From IMG/VR virus record IMGVR_UViG_3300012964_000011, positions 1 to 58,978 of that record: DNA of 58,978 bases; one strand, 5' to 3'. Below the pieces are notes generated by a model that saw only the letters and a program-made list of their open reading frames with translations, did not search any database and was not told the DNA's origin. The position numbers and the translations under genes were made by a program. The first letter of the stretch is position 1. Every line of letters starts with the position of its first letter. This DNA is from a virus (taxonomy: Duplodnaviria > Caudoviricetes). Below, in pieces: positions 17,788-28,514 of this stretch.

Positions 17788-18396
17788 TTACCACCTACTA
17801 GGTAGACCACTAGTGTTCTTGTCGTGACACCAATACCACGTTTTCTGGACAAGATGTCCTATTGTACCCATCTTATTACAACGTTCTATGAATCCCCAAT
17901 CTTCATTAGATCGCATACCATCTTCATAAATTCCACCTTCGTCTGGCATGATGAATTCTGCCTCTTTGGCGAGATCTGTCTTTACCAGTGTGGTAACTGT
18001 GGTATGTCTAGGATTCTCCGGGTCCCATGGGTCAAGATAGTGCCCAGGGGGGAATACGGGATCATTTTCGTAAACAATACCTCCTTTCATGATTTTGAAC
18101 CATGAATACACAAAATCGTAATTCCAGTCCAGGGCGAATTTGATCAGGTCTTCCAGATGATTTGGCATGAACATGTCGTCATCGTCAAGAAACGCCACCC
18201 AGGGGGTAGATACGGCGTCTAGTGCACGTTGCCTGGTCTTAGCAGCACCTTCCTTGTACACGTCTGTTGTGATGATGTGCGCGAACGCAGGGTACGTCTG
18301 AGCAGACACACTGTTTACACATCGCATGATCTCTGTTTTTCGCGGTGGAATATGAGGTGTACAGACAGTGATCTCAGCACCACGAATGACGTCCAT
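17788..18396 (-). CDS. GT2 family glycosyltransferase
   Basis: SVSAQT, GAAKTR, WVAFLDDDD, EDW. Confidence 0.85.
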   Translation of the reverse strand: MDVIRGAEITVCTPHIPPRKTEIMRCVNSVSAQTYPAFAHIITTDVYKEGAAKTRQRALDAVSTPWVAFLDDDDMFMPNHLEDLIKFALDWNYDFVYSWFKIMKGGIVYENDPVFPPGHYLDPWDPENPRHTTVTTLVKTDLAKEAEFIMPDEGGIYEDGMRSNEDWGFIERCNKMGTIGHLVQKTWYWCHDKNTSGLPSRW

Positions 18397-18521
18397 TTGG
18401 CCAGACTCCCACGGTAGGGTATTTGTTACTATGAATATTATAGCGTGTGTAGGACGCAAGATCTTTACGTCTAGGTAATACAACTACCAGTAGTTGCGAC
18501 ACTCATATGCGATCGTCTATG

Positions 18522-18692
18522 CTATCTCACATTGGATGAACTACGAATGCGGAGATTTTGACAAATCTCCTCTACGTACTCCACTGTCTCCGTTGCCAAC
18601 TCACGAGCACGTACCAAAGCATCCTGTGCTTCCGGTGACGGAGTACGAGTTTTGCGCCTTACAAAGCTCGTGGCGATTGTGAACGGTGCCAT
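18522..18692 (-). CDS. small lysis-region protein (56 aa)
   Basis: Strong AAGGAGGA RBS before the ATG at 18692 inside ORF 18522..18941. Confidence 0.55.
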   Translation of the reverse strand: MAPFTIATSFVRRKTRTPSPEAQDALVRARELATETVEYVEEICQNLRIRSSSNVR

Positions 18693-18919
18693 GCTACGTC
18701 CTCCTTTACAATTCCCGAGACTTCTGTCAGTTGTAGATTGACTGTATCCATAGCTTTGATAGCAGTCTCTGCGGCAGATCTCCAGGCATCTCTGTCTGTT
18801 TTGATGTCGTCTACCGTTCCCTTGGGGACTATCCATCCCTTTAGAAACATCAGAGCAAACAAACTGAGAAAACCTATCAGACCACCTTGTGTCAGCAGTT
18901 CTGGTGTTAAATTCTCCAT
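18659..18919 (-). CDS. holin-like membrane protein
   Basis: One N-terminal TM segment then a coiled coil; directly after the endolysin. Confidence 0.55.
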   Translation of the reverse strand: MENLTPELLTQGGLIGFLSLFALMFLKGWIVPKGTVDDIKTDRDAWRSAAETAIKAMDTVNLQLTEVSGIVKEDVAWHRSQSPRAL

Positions 18920-18968
18920 TATTTAATTGTAGAGCATGCAACTTGCAGATTTCATATGGTGCACGTTT

Positions 18969-19883
18969 CTACTGAGACAGCGTAACTCCCGTAGCTCTCA
19001 ACTTATCCATGACAAGTGCCAAATCTGTTTGTAGATTCGTCAATGACGACTGTACAGACAATGCTACTTGTCCAGCAATTGCATCAATGTCAGCTTGTGA
19101 TAGCTGTACGGACGAAACTGGCCTGGATACCAGTGTGTCAAGCTTTGACATCATTTCCATCAGGTAAGCGCGAAGTAGATTCGGCTCGCTGGGCTTTCTA
19201 TCATCTACCTCATGTAAATTAGCAATCATTCGGACAAGAACCAGCACACGTTCCGATGCCAATTCCAAGAGTGCATATTCTTGAGCAGATAGCATAGTTC
19301 CGTTACCTCCAGTCTGCGCCAATGATACAACCAGATCCATTGGGAATCCGGGACCAGGATCGGTATGTGTGCCACCAAACACTGTGGTGCACTGTGCATG
19401 TGTACACACTCCACCATTGGTCAATGTTTGATGATCCTTGAAATACAGCAGCTGTTCCGTGGTCAGTACACGTAACGGGATACCACTACGTTGTGCCATT
19501 AGACGCACTGCTTTGGCCGTAGCCTGGATATCCCGCATATCTGCTGTCCAGGTACTCCTAGACCAGTACGCCTGCCCTGTGACCTCTACAGCGTAACCAT
19601 GCTGGTTAGGTACGTGACTGGCACCATGCCAGGCATCACGAGACAACGGAAGTCCCTGTACCAATGCAGGTGAGAAATCGCCAGCGTAGAAGTGAGCACT
19701 GGTAGGGCTAGAATCTCTGCGATTCTTAGCGTATGTAGCTTCTTCTGTAGGTGTAGCATCATTAGCCGTACAGTGAATCACGATCAACATTCGTTGATTC
19801 GCTGGATCATGTGCATTAGATCCGTATGCCGGTCCAATATAGGAGATGCCTTCACCTGGAAAGTCTGGTGAATCTGTCATCAT
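18969..19883 (-). CDS. endolysin, N-acetylmuramoyl-L-alanine amidase (Amidase_2)
   Basis: IVIHCT, SAHF, AWHG, catalytic E, H...HTDPG Zn ligands. Confidence 0.9.
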   Translation of the reverse strand: MMTDSPDFPGEGISYIGPAYGSNAHDPANQRMLIVIHCTANDATPTEEATYAKNRRDSSPTSAHFYAGDFSPALVQGLPLSRDAWHGASHVPNQHGYAVEVTGQAYWSRSTWTADMRDIQATAKAVRLMAQRSGIPLRVLTTEQLLYFKDHQTLTNGGVCTHAQCTTVFGGTHTDPGPGFPMDLVVSLAQTGGNGTMLSAQEYALLELASERVLVLVRMIANLHEVDDRKPSEPNLLRAYLMEMMSKLDTLVSRPVSSVQLSQADIDAIAGQVALSVQSSLTNLQTDLALVMDKLRATGVTLSQ

Positions 19884-19899
19884 AAACCTTATTCATAAT

Positions 19900-20526
19900 C
19901 TAGTACGTTCCAGTCAAATAAAATTGCGAATTCTGTACAAAATTTCCAGAGCCTGGAAGAAATAGCAAACTAGTATACGGACCAGCACCACTGTAGTCTC
20001 CGACACCAGTAAGCCATGCTGGAGAGTCACCAGCCGCACGTCCTGCCCCGCCACCCAGGAAAGACCATGAGGGGTATGTGTTACGTACGGAATACCAGGT
20101 TACTACATCCAGCTTATTAGGCCAGAAAAGACCAGCTGTAGACGTTGCTGCTGGTATATATCCTATATAACTAGATGTAGCAGAATTACTTCCTGATGTA
20201 GTTGCGTTAGTTACACCGATACTTGCACCATAAATAAGCGCATATGAATGTCTACCGGCGGTAGCATCACCATTTACACGCATCAATAGATTCGCAAAAT
20301 CTCCTGCGTAATCCCCACGTGCACTGATGAAGACCTGCAAAGTCTTTAATGTACTAGGTACAGTAAACGTCACAGATGCTTCAGTAGCTGCTGTAACTCG
20401 ATACTCAGCTAAGTACGTTTTTACACGACCATTCAGATCGTTGATATCATCCGTAGCATTCTCTGCCCAACCTACGCGTGTATAGTCTCCGGCAACAGGA
20501 GGTACTAGCGGGTATGTAATAGGCAT
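19900..20526 (-). CDS. minor tail protein
   Basis: Position at the end of the tail module; Gly/Ser/Thr-rich beta content. Confidence 0.6.
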   Translation of the reverse strand: MPITYPLVPPVAGDYTRVGWAENATDDINDLNGRVKTYLAEYRVTAATEASVTFTVPSTLKTLQVFISARGDYAGDFANLLMRVNGDATAGRHSYALIYGASIGVTNATTSGSNSATSSYIGYIPAATSTAGLFWPNKLDVVTWYSVRNTYPSWSFLGGGAGRAAGDSPAWLTGVGDYSGAGPYTSLLFLPGSGNFVQNSQFYLTGTY

Positions 20527-20535
20527 ATCAATTCC

Positions 20536-23500
20536 TTAGTAGTTGGTTACCCATACGGTTGTGCCATCCCACACACCAGCAGCTGCTAGTACAACCGGAT
20601 CAGCTTCAACATCAGATACCCACTTACCTAGTTGTCTTGTATCCTGTACCAATTGAACTTTCTGGTTATAGTCAGATCCATTTATTCTATGCTCTACCAG
20701 CATAGAACGCCAATACTGATCTTTGGGAAGACTCAATTGACCGTACTCACCATCAACGATGATACGATCATAGATTTGACGTCTGGAGTCTCCCAATACA
20801 TTTACGTCAAGTTTTGGTTTAGACCAACACACAGCGTCTAGTATGCTCTGTGCTATCTGAGTAGCACTAAGAGCGTCATGGACTCCAGATATGGTTGCAG
20901 GAAGCGCGCGTACACCACGTACAACAATACTGTAAGCGTCCTGTACCTCCACAGTGCTCTGTTCTCCGGCCAGCACTGAGCCATACAACGCTATGGATGG
21001 CCAACCTTTAGTATTGACAAAATACCATTTAGCAAAACCATCAGTAGTTATCGTGACACCAAGTTTATCTGGATACCAAGTATCATCAATAGTAATGACT
21101 ACATGTCCCACAGTGTCGTATGTTCCACTGCCATCAGCGTCAGTGTTTGCTGTGAAGTAGTTAGTAGCGGGTTTGACATCGGCAGTCGCATCGTTTCCAA
21201 CAATTGCACTAATGTCTACATATGTAATTGGATTAGCTACCTGCAACCATACATGTGTACTGGTACTAGGCTCGACTACCAGTAGTGATGTCTCTTTAGA
21301 TGAGTCATTAATTGCTACTTCTTTAGTCTGAAGTGCAGGTATGTTAGTGTACGTCATTGATATTTTATTGAACACCTTTGATATATCATCTGTCAGATCT
21401 ATCTCTCCAACATTACTATTGGATTCCAGTTCCTCTGCTACAAACTGGTTGTGTGGACTGGCTAGGTGTCCTCTCGGATAGAATACGAATCGATCATATT
21501 CGTCTATAAATGTCCAAGCTAGCTCATCTTGAGCATATTCCCCGAGAAGTTCCCAACCAGTTTTTACGGTAGTGTCCGATACACCACGTCTGAAACCATC
21601 TGATCCAATGACACGAGCCGTCGGAGTCCATGTCCTCTGGTCAATCCAGTAGGGGTATGCGGCTAATCCTGCCTCTACACCAGACGTCAGCTGTAGTTCC
21701 GCGATAGGGACTACGGCGCCGTAGTACAACGTAGCCAGATCATCTACTAAAGGAAGACCTGGAGTCGTCATGGCAGTGCCAGGATTATATGTATACAAAT
21801 CTCCATCTATATACATATACAGTGCATTACCTGCAACATCCCATGCAAAACCAACTGCATGCCACTCCCCATCCAGGGGGAGTGTGGGAGTAGAAGTATG
21901 TGAGTATGTTGCGTGTGTTCCGTCATTCAGCATCAAATACAACTGATATGCGGAATCTATACCACACAGAATGCGTGGTGTTGCTGGCATAGCTGGTGCA
22001 CTTTGATACAACTGAAATTCGAATGGATCAAACACATTACGTTCATCACCACGAATGAAGAATTCCAGTCGCCCCACATTGGACGCTTGAGAAAGGAAGT
22101 CATCCCCATCATCCAGGGGAATATCAGTTCCATACCCTTTAGTTATGCCAGTAGCAGTGTCTTTCAAAAGAGTAGCATTGACATATGGTCCTTCACACAT
22201 GTCAACTGGCATTTGAACACCATTAGCGTCCCAGTTCTGTAAACGTACATTCTGCTCATATTTACCGTTAATGTTGGGTCTATTGGTTCTGCCAGACCCG
22301 TGCATGGTCATGTGTAGTCGAGCGCTACTCCTACGTGGAGGTGATGGATAAACACCAAGTTCATGTAGTGTATTCGTAATAACCCATGTGTTATTGCATC
22401 CCTGTAATTCCTCGGCAATGATAGGTCTATCAAATGTCGCACTTAATTTTGTTTTTGTAGTACTTTGTCCTTCTATATTCGCAGAGTATTCTGCCTGTTT
22501 GATCAGGACACTTGCCATTTGTCCATGGAAAATATCTGGCTCTTCAACAATTCCATCATCAGTAACCAGTGGTACAGATATCACCATTGGAGTTATATCA
22601 TTTGGAATCCCATACAAAGGTGAATCTGTGTTGTATGGGTTCAGGAACTCCTGACCACTCATACCACCAGGACCATCAACAACCGGTACCACTGCTTTGG
22701 ACAGTCCAGCACCCCCAGGAGCTGTAGTCACGTTGCTAGGCATTCCATCATCAATAGAGTGCTCTACCGTGATTCCTGTACCTACGTATGGGCTGAAGTC
22801 TTCATATGCTGAAGCACCAGAGTAGCCTACGCTAGCCCAGTCCAGGGAGACGCTGACAGGAGCTCGCACTACCTCCCCCCTGGACATTGCGCGACCGTAC
22901 GTTGTCTCTGCTATCCCCCATCTAAGGGCCATTACTCCGCCCCAGTTGAGGACTGACGTACCACCGGTGTCACGGAAGTAATTGAAGGGTGACCACACTG
23001 GGTAGTCTTCTATGTAGTACCCCCACACAGCACCAGAGTCATTTCCTAGTGTGCTGTCAACTACACCTATTTCAGTGTAGTTGGTCTCATTAATCATAGG
23101 TTGTGCTACAGAAGCAAAGTTATCACGTTTCCAACCTACTGCTACATAGAAGACACCATAATCTGGTATTGTCTGCATGGATAGTCTCGGCACTGCAATG
23201 TTGACGGCACTATCAGACATGATCGTAGATGATGCTAAAATAAGATCATCTATATCATCATATGTATTCTCAAACACACAAACTTGTGCAGTTGACGTAC
23301 TTCCAGCTATGGCGTTATTGAATGTGCAAGTTATCGTCGATCCACTGTCCGCTACTGTGCCTATCTTCCCAAACACAATAGTGTTGTTCATGTCCAACAT
23401 GAGCGTGAATCCGGCAGGGACATTTGGTACACGTGTCCCGATGCCTAGCACTCCATTGTTACGAATACTGGACACACACATGATTAAGTACGGAGTACTG

Positions 23501-23607
23501 GTATCAACATCTGTCCAGGTGGGAGCGACAGGAGATAATGTACCACCGTTAGCGTCTGCTACAACTACACCAGCACCTACCAGTGCAGGACTTATGTTGC
23601 TAAGCAT
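20536..23607 (-). CDS. large minor tail / baseplate hub protein with a LamG-like domain
   Basis: DGEWHAVGFAWD...YMYIDG LamG pattern; follows the Dit-like gene. Confidence 0.7.
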   Translation of the reverse strand: MLSNISPALVGAGVVVADANGGTLSPVAPTWTDVDTSTPYLIMCVSSIRNNGVLGIGTRVPNVPAGFTLMLDMNNTIVFGKIGTVADSGSTITCTFNNAIAGSTSTAQVCVFENTYDDIDDLILASSTIMSDSAVNIAVPRLSMQTIPDYGVFYVAVGWKRDNFASVAQPMINETNYTEIGVVDSTLGNDSGAVWGYYIEDYPVWSPFNYFRDTGGTSVLNWGGVMALRWGIAETTYGRAMSRGEVVRAPVSVSLDWASVGYSGASAYEDFSPYVGTGITVEHSIDDGMPSNVTTAPGGAGLSKAVVPVVDGPGGMSGQEFLNPYNTDSPLYGIPNDITPMVISVPLVTDDGIVEEPDIFHGQMASVLIKQAEYSANIEGQSTTKTKLSATFDRPIIAEELQGCNNTWVITNTLHELGVYPSPPRRSSARLHMTMHGSGRTNRPNINGKYEQNVRLQNWDANGVQMPVDMCEGPYVNATLLKDTATGITKGYGTDIPLDDGDDFLSQASNVGRLEFFIRGDERNVFDPFEFQLYQSAPAMPATPRILCGIDSAYQLYLMLNDGTHATYSHTSTPTLPLDGEWHAVGFAWDVAGNALYMYIDGDLYTYNPGTAMTTPGLPLVDDLATLYYGAVVPIAELQLTSGVEAGLAAYPYWIDQRTWTPTARVIGSDGFRRGVSDTTVKTGWELLGEYAQDELAWTFIDEYDRFVFYPRGHLASPHNQFVAEELESNSNVGEIDLTDDISKVFNKISMTYTNIPALQTKEVAINDSSKETSLLVVEPSTSTHVWLQVANPITYVDISAIVGNDATADVKPATNYFTANTDADGSGTYDTVGHVVITIDDTWYPDKLGVTITTDGFAKWYFVNTKGWPSIALYGSVLAGEQSTVEVQDAYSIVVRGVRALPATISGVHDALSATQIAQSILDAVCWSKPKLDVNVLGDSRRQIYDRIIVDGEYGQLSLPKDQYWRSMLVEHRINGSDYNQKVQLVQDTRQLGKWVSDVEADPVVLAAAGVWDGTTVWVTNY

Positions 23608-24577
23608 ACCCACCGACCTCCTGTAAGATCAGTGTAGCTTCCATCTTGTTATCATCAGTTAGATATATATGTATATCTGGCTCAAATGATATGACGCTGA
23701 CACCAGGTATCCCAGTCCCTGGTCGCCAATCAGATGGAGTGCTTAAACAGTCGCAGTCATCCTCTCCACATGTACAAACCTCTAGCTGAAATTCATCAAA
23801 GTTTATTGATGATCCATCCACAATTGTAGTTTGATCAACACTCACTCTACAGAGACAGTAGGCAGCGTTACCGGGAGCTGTAGCAGTAACGTACATCTGG
23901 AGCCATGAATTATGCACAGTGTTAGTAGGAGTACCACTTGAAGTAGATATATACGCATCATCGGAGTCATACCACAAGATTTGTGGAGTAACTGTCATGA
24001 CTCCGTAAACTCCACCACCATATGTCCAGAAGGAGAACGTGTAGCACCATCCGGAGACAACAGGAGATCCTACGAAGTCCGTTGTAGGAGTATCCAGAGT
24101 GACGGTTACCGGTGTGGCTGCTGGTGCGCCTGTTACCGGGCAAGATGTCAGATCCAGGAGTAGTGATCGGGGACCACGATGGTACACGTCTGCATCACTG
24201 GACAGTCCTACAGTTACACACGTACCAATATCCAGAGTGAACCCGTTTATGTCATTACTCTCACTGGTTGCACTCGACTGGTTCACAGTCAAGATGTTGC
24301 GTTGTCTAGGATCCAGGAGAGCAAACGGTCCGACACCGTTGTGTCCCTGGGCATATTCGTAGATACGGCAGAACTCTTCATAGGACAGAGCATCCCATTG
24401 CAACGTGTACCGTCGCTTACCACCAAGCAACTTCTGTACACGTACTCCACCAGAGGCAAGCGGATACGTTGACACAGGACGTGTTCTGTCTGCCTGGATA
24501 CCAGATCTAGGCCATTCAATGACCTCTAGGAATCCAGGTAGACCGAAGTAGACATTGCGTGGCGGATGAGATCCCAT
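23600..24577 (-). CDS. distal tail protein with a carbohydrate-binding insert
   Basis: Directly after the tape measure; YTFSFW...W.QMYVTATAP..A CBM-like pattern. Confidence 0.65.
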   Translation of the reverse strand: MGSHPPRNVYFGLPGFLEVIEWPRSGIQADRTRPVSTYPLASGGVRVQKLLGGKRRYTLQWDALSYEEFCRIYEYAQGHNGVGPFALLDPRQRNILTVNQSSATSESNDINGFTLDIGTCVTVGLSSDADVYHRGPRSLLLDLTSCPVTGAPAATPVTVTLDTPTTDFVGSPVVSGWCYTFSFWTYGGGVYGVMTVTPQILWYDSDDAYISTSSGTPTNTVHNSWLQMYVTATAPGNAAYCLCRVSVDQTTIVDGSSINFDEFQLEVCTCGEDDCDCLSTPSDWRPGTGIPGVSVISFEPDIHIYLTDDNKMEATLILQEVGGYA

Positions 24578-26889
24578 TAGAGCCTACTTCTCGCTGGGTA
24601 GTCGTTATTCCTCTTCCGTCTTCCCTGATCCACCAGAGCCGCCAGTTTCTCTGGTTTCAGTGCAGCCTCTACAGCTCTAGCAATCTCTCGGGTATCCGTA
24701 GATCTGTAACCACCAGACATGCCAGAGGCTACGTTGACGTTCACAGTGAGATTGACGGATGAAGTGTTTGACTCCGAGTAAGATTTTGAGTGAGATTTTG
24801 ACTGGCTTGCAGAAAGCACCCGAGCGATGCCACTACGAACACTCATCAGCTCTGGTCCCTGCTCACCTACCCAGAACGGTTTACCATCGGTTGGAGGGTA
24901 TCCACCAGAAGCATATCCATACATATGAACAGCTGCTACCTGACCATACGACATGGCCTGTAGGTTTAGTCCAAGTTCACGAATTCTTCTATTGATGTAC
25001 GCAATTTTACTTTCTATCCGGCTAGTATCCATAGATACTTTGATGTCAGGATTGATTATCTCATTAAGTTTATCATTTATCTTATTCTTGTAATCATTTA
25101 CAGCCTTAACTGAGTTCTGCAATGTCTCTGTAAGATTTGTCCCAAAAACCTCATCCCAAATTTTGGTTATAGGCCATAAAATGGTAAAAACTGTTTGCAT
25201 AATGATTTCAACGACATACGCAATGATAGTAACCAAACCTATCAATCCGGCCGCCAAGACTTTTTTAAATCCTTCCCATATAGCCACTACAGCCACAATA
25301 GCAGCACCGGTCCATTTAATAGCTGTAGGGATTCCAACTTCGAACGTCCATTTTACTATACCAAATACATCATGAATAGCATGGATGAAGATGTCTTTAT
25401 TCTCAACTATCCAGTTCTTTACGGTTACCAGAGCATCCCACATCTTAGACCAGTCTATGGTCTTCAACTTTTCGAATGGTTCTTGAAGTAGCGGACTAAG
25501 CTCTCTCCAATACCCTTTGATCCGCTCTATTACACCTTTGATCTTGCCCTCAAAACCAGTATCCATAACTGGTGCAATCGCAGGATGCATCAGTGTCGCT
25601 GCCGCCACCATAGGATTGCTAGACACTGGTGCTGGTGCTGGTGTTGGAGTCTGCATCCCGTACCAGAAGTCATACCATTTTTGTCTCAACTGCGGTATTA
25701 CTGTGTTGCCGAACACCATTACCAAATTAGTCAGTGATGGAACTATAGGCTTCACAAAATCGACAGCAAACTGTCTCCACTGGTCAGATAGTGTAGACAA
25801 TCGTCCACCGAGCGTTTTGGACTGCTTGACCATGATACCCATTACACCGGAAGTGTTCTGAATACCATCTATGAGGACAGGGATAGCTTCCTTAGCCGGT
25901 ACCACTCCTTCACGTACAAAATCGCGCATTTCTTGCGTGGTCATCTTGTAGTGCTTTGCGAGTATTCCCCACAAGTCAACACCGGGCATTGAATCAGATA
26001 GCTGGTTCATTTCCTGGGCCATGATCTTGCCCTTGGATGCCATCTGCTGGATAGCTAGAGCTGTAGTGCTCCAACGGCCGCCTGTAGCAGCGATACCGTC
26101 ACCTAACTTGGTGATTGCCGGTATCAGTGAGTCGGCATTCCAACCAATCGTCTTGAACGCTATACTCAGTCGTGCAGCTGGATCCAGGATGTCATCCAGG
26201 GTGAATGGGGTCCATTCTGCCCACTTCTTCAATCCTGTGAATACTTCAGGACCCTTTATATCCCCCCACAACATGTTAAATCTGACTTTGATCATATCCC
26301 ACGATATCGTAGTCTTCAAACCAAGCTCTACAAAAGACCTACCAAGTTCGTAAACTTGTGTAGTCAATGACGAAATTAAGTTCTGTACCGCACTGAATAC
26401 TGAACTGGCAATAGTACCAATAGTAAAGATACCAATACCAATACCACTAATACTTCCACCAAGTCCAATGAAGGAAGATGCAGTAGATGTTATAGAGCTG
26501 ACAATTCCACTAAATGTGCTCTGAGATGCTGCACGTGTGCCATCCAGAGAGGCGATGTGTGACCTGGCAGCTGACTGCCACGCATTCCGGTACAACATCT
26601 CCTGATGTCGTAGGGACGCTTCGAGCGCATTGGTGTTTGCCCGTAGTGCAGACTGCATGGACACTGACATTTGGTGGTTAGCATTTTGACTACTACGAAC
26701 AATGGCACGCATGACATTGTCTACAGATCGGCCTAGCTGGTTGAAACCATGCTCTATAGATCGGATAGTCTCGTTGAATCCAGCCTGCAACATGCGGGTA
26801 GCATTACTGACACCCTGATTGACACTTCGATTCAATGGCGTCAAATCACCAATGATTCGAACCGTGAGCGTATCCATAGGTTGTGTCAT
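24577..26889 (-). CDS. tape measure protein
   Basis: TPFTL..., QMASKGKI..QEMNQL, SKTLGGRLSTLSD, GYASGG...VGEQGPEL; start set by the ACGGGGG RBS. Confidence 0.9.
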   Translation of the reverse strand: MTQPMDTLTVRIIGDLTPLNRSVNQGVSNATRMLQAGFNETIRSIEHGFNQLGRSVDNVMRAIVRSSQNANHQMSVSMQSALRANTNALEASLRHQEMLYRNAWQSAARSHIASLDGTRAASQSTFSGIVSSITSTASSFIGLGGSISGIGIGIFTIGTIASSVFSAVQNLISSLTTQVYELGRSFVELGLKTTISWDMIKVRFNMLWGDIKGPEVFTGLKKWAEWTPFTLDDILDPAARLSIAFKTIGWNADSLIPAITKLGDGIAATGGRWSTTALAIQQMASKGKIMAQEMNQLSDSMPGVDLWGILAKHYKMTTQEMRDFVREGVVPAKEAIPVLIDGIQNTSGVMGIMVKQSKTLGGRLSTLSDQWRQFAVDFVKPIVPSLTNLVMVFGNTVIPQLRQKWYDFWYGMQTPTPAPAPVSSNPMVAAATLMHPAIAPVMDTGFEGKIKGVIERIKGYWRELSPLLQEPFEKLKTIDWSKMWDALVTVKNWIVENKDIFIHAIHDVFGIVKWTFEVGIPTAIKWTGAAIVAVVAIWEGFKKVLAAGLIGLVTIIAYVVEIIMQTVFTILWPITKIWDEVFGTNLTETLQNSVKAVNDYKNKINDKLNEIINPDIKVSMDTSRIESKIAYINRRIRELGLNLQAMSYGQVAAVHMYGYASGGYPPTDGKPFWVGEQGPELMSVRSGIARVLSASQSKSHSKSYSESNTSSVNLTVNVNVASGMSGGYRSTDTREIARAVEAALKPEKLAALVDQGRRKRNNDYPARSRL

Positions 26890-26910
26890 TGTTCCCCCGT
26901 GCACACTTTG

Positions 26911-27533
26911 TCAACGTTTAATGGCGTTCAATGCGTCCCTACTGGTTTCAAACGCCTCATCGTCGTCATACCACCATTCCGGAACTGGAATCCCAGGAAC
27001 CGGCATCACCTCAGATTCGTTGTGGTGTTGCAACCATTTGGCACTCCTTATGAGTGCTTTTATCTTCTTTTGACCAGTTTCATCTGTGTATTTCAATAAG
27101 TAATAGTATACTAAATTCAACAGTCGTAACAGTGGCAAATCCAGGGGGGAGATTCCCTTGCTTACGCACCAACCATCAAATAGTTGTCCGGTTTCAGTTG
27201 TATCGTCACAGAATGCTATGAATCCTGTGACGATTCCATAGGGCGTAAACCATACTCCTCAATCAACCACTGCATAATATTCTGGAGTAAAATTACGTTT
27301 ACTTCCATTTCACGCAATTTCTTGGCATCATCAGGAATCAGCACAATATCAAACCACATATGTAGTTCATCCACAAGTTTATCTAGATCTACCACATCAT
27401 CCAAGTTGCTGCCAGACAACACACCCTGCATTTTAGCAAACTGTTTTATAGCGTTTTGTGGCATAATTGCACGTGCAGTGAACACGTAATCTGCTAGCTT
27501 AAACTGCTTAATATCCGAAGAAAAATCCTTCAT
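26911..27533 (-). CDS. tail assembly chaperone pair: 27216-27533 plus a -1 frameshift extension to 26911
   Basis: First ORF ends YGLRPMESS; the -1 frame is open from about 27260 and reads ...FDGWCVSKGISPLDLPLLRLLNLVY. Confidence 0.75.
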
Positions 27534-27542
27534 TGAGAACTC

Positions 27543-27959
27543 CTAATGTCTTCCAGCTTGTAGCGCATCACGCAGAAAATGATTGGGTTCCATACCACGA
27601 ACCCGCTTGGCGAATCTTCTTGACCCACCTTTGTCTACCCAACTAAGCATTCTAGCTCTTCTAGGGTAGATATACCCACCTCTTGGACCATATATGCCAG
27701 TACCATCATGTACCCATCTTGCATAGTAAAGACTAGTGCCTATATCTATAGCGGGATTGATACCAACAACTGTGGGACGTGCCTTGATGTCGCTAGCCAG
27801 TTTACCTGTATTGATCCTTCTCGGATTTCGGTTCAAGTTGCTTCGAGCGGTACGCACCACGTTTTCACCTCTACGCGCAAGGTCCCTACGGGCGATTCGA
27901 TCACCGATAATGCGCGCTAGAATCTCTGCCTGTCCAGAGGACACTACAACTACTCGCAT
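27543..27959 (-). CDS. HK97 gp10-like neck/tail completion protein
   Basis: TGKL..I, YARWVHDGT, V.G..PNHFLRDAL. Confidence 0.75.
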   Translation of the reverse strand: MRVVVVSSGQAEILARIIGDRIARRDLARRGENVVRTARSNLNRNPRRINTGKLASDIKARPTVVGINPAIDIGTSLYYARWVHDGTGIYGPRGGYIYPRRARMLSWVDKGGSRRFAKRVRGMEPNHFLRDALQAGRH

Positions 27960-27968
27960 AACATCCTC

Positions 27969-28514
27969 CTATGTGCATCTACATCCTGTTTGCCAGCTTA
28001 CGATGAATTCTAGCCGACTTCCGCCACAACCACCAGAAGGCCCAACAGGAGTAGACGTACCAATGTAATAGTTTTGTATCAATTGTGGTTGTGCTTCTCG
28101 ATAACCATTCAGAAGACAGCGCACTGTTTCACGTGAAACATGAGCGTCAGACAACATGGTCGATGTAGCTGCTGTCAGTGCAGAATCCAGGGGGGGATTG
28201 CCATTCTCATCCGGAACAGGTACACATCTGATGATCTCCAGTGACATGTTGACTGCCAACAACACTGGATCACAGTTGATAGAGCCTACGTATGGTGAAG
28301 GAAAGTCGTTGCTCGGATACGTAGATCCGATCGACAATACAGCCTGACCGCAGTCATCCTGGCACCAGTCATGTACTACTTCGCCCCATGTTATGTAGTT
28401 ATGTGCTACCGGTCCTCCAGTAGATGTTGCCAGTACGGCCACGACTCCAGCTAGCAATGGGGTCGCAATATCCATTACTGCTGTTTCGTCCATGAAAATA
28501 GCTGGATAAGGCAT
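27969..28514 (-). CDS. tail terminator-like protein
   Basis: Position; DC...L, IIRC, GPSGGCGG. Confidence 0.6.
   Translation of the reverse strand: MPYPAIFMDETAVMDIATPLLAGVVAVLATSTGGPVAHNYITWGEVVHDWCQDDCGQAVLSIGSTYPSNDFPSPYVGSINCDPVLLAVNMSLEIIRCVPVPDENGNPPLDSALTAATSTMLSDAHVSRETVRCLLNGYREAQPQLIQNYYIGTSTPVGPSGGCGGSRLEFIVSWQTGCRCT

Noticed and set aside
18693-18941. N-terminal part of ORF 18522..18941
   Set aside because: Overlaps the holin-like gene out of frame; the strong RBS lies at the internal ATG 18692
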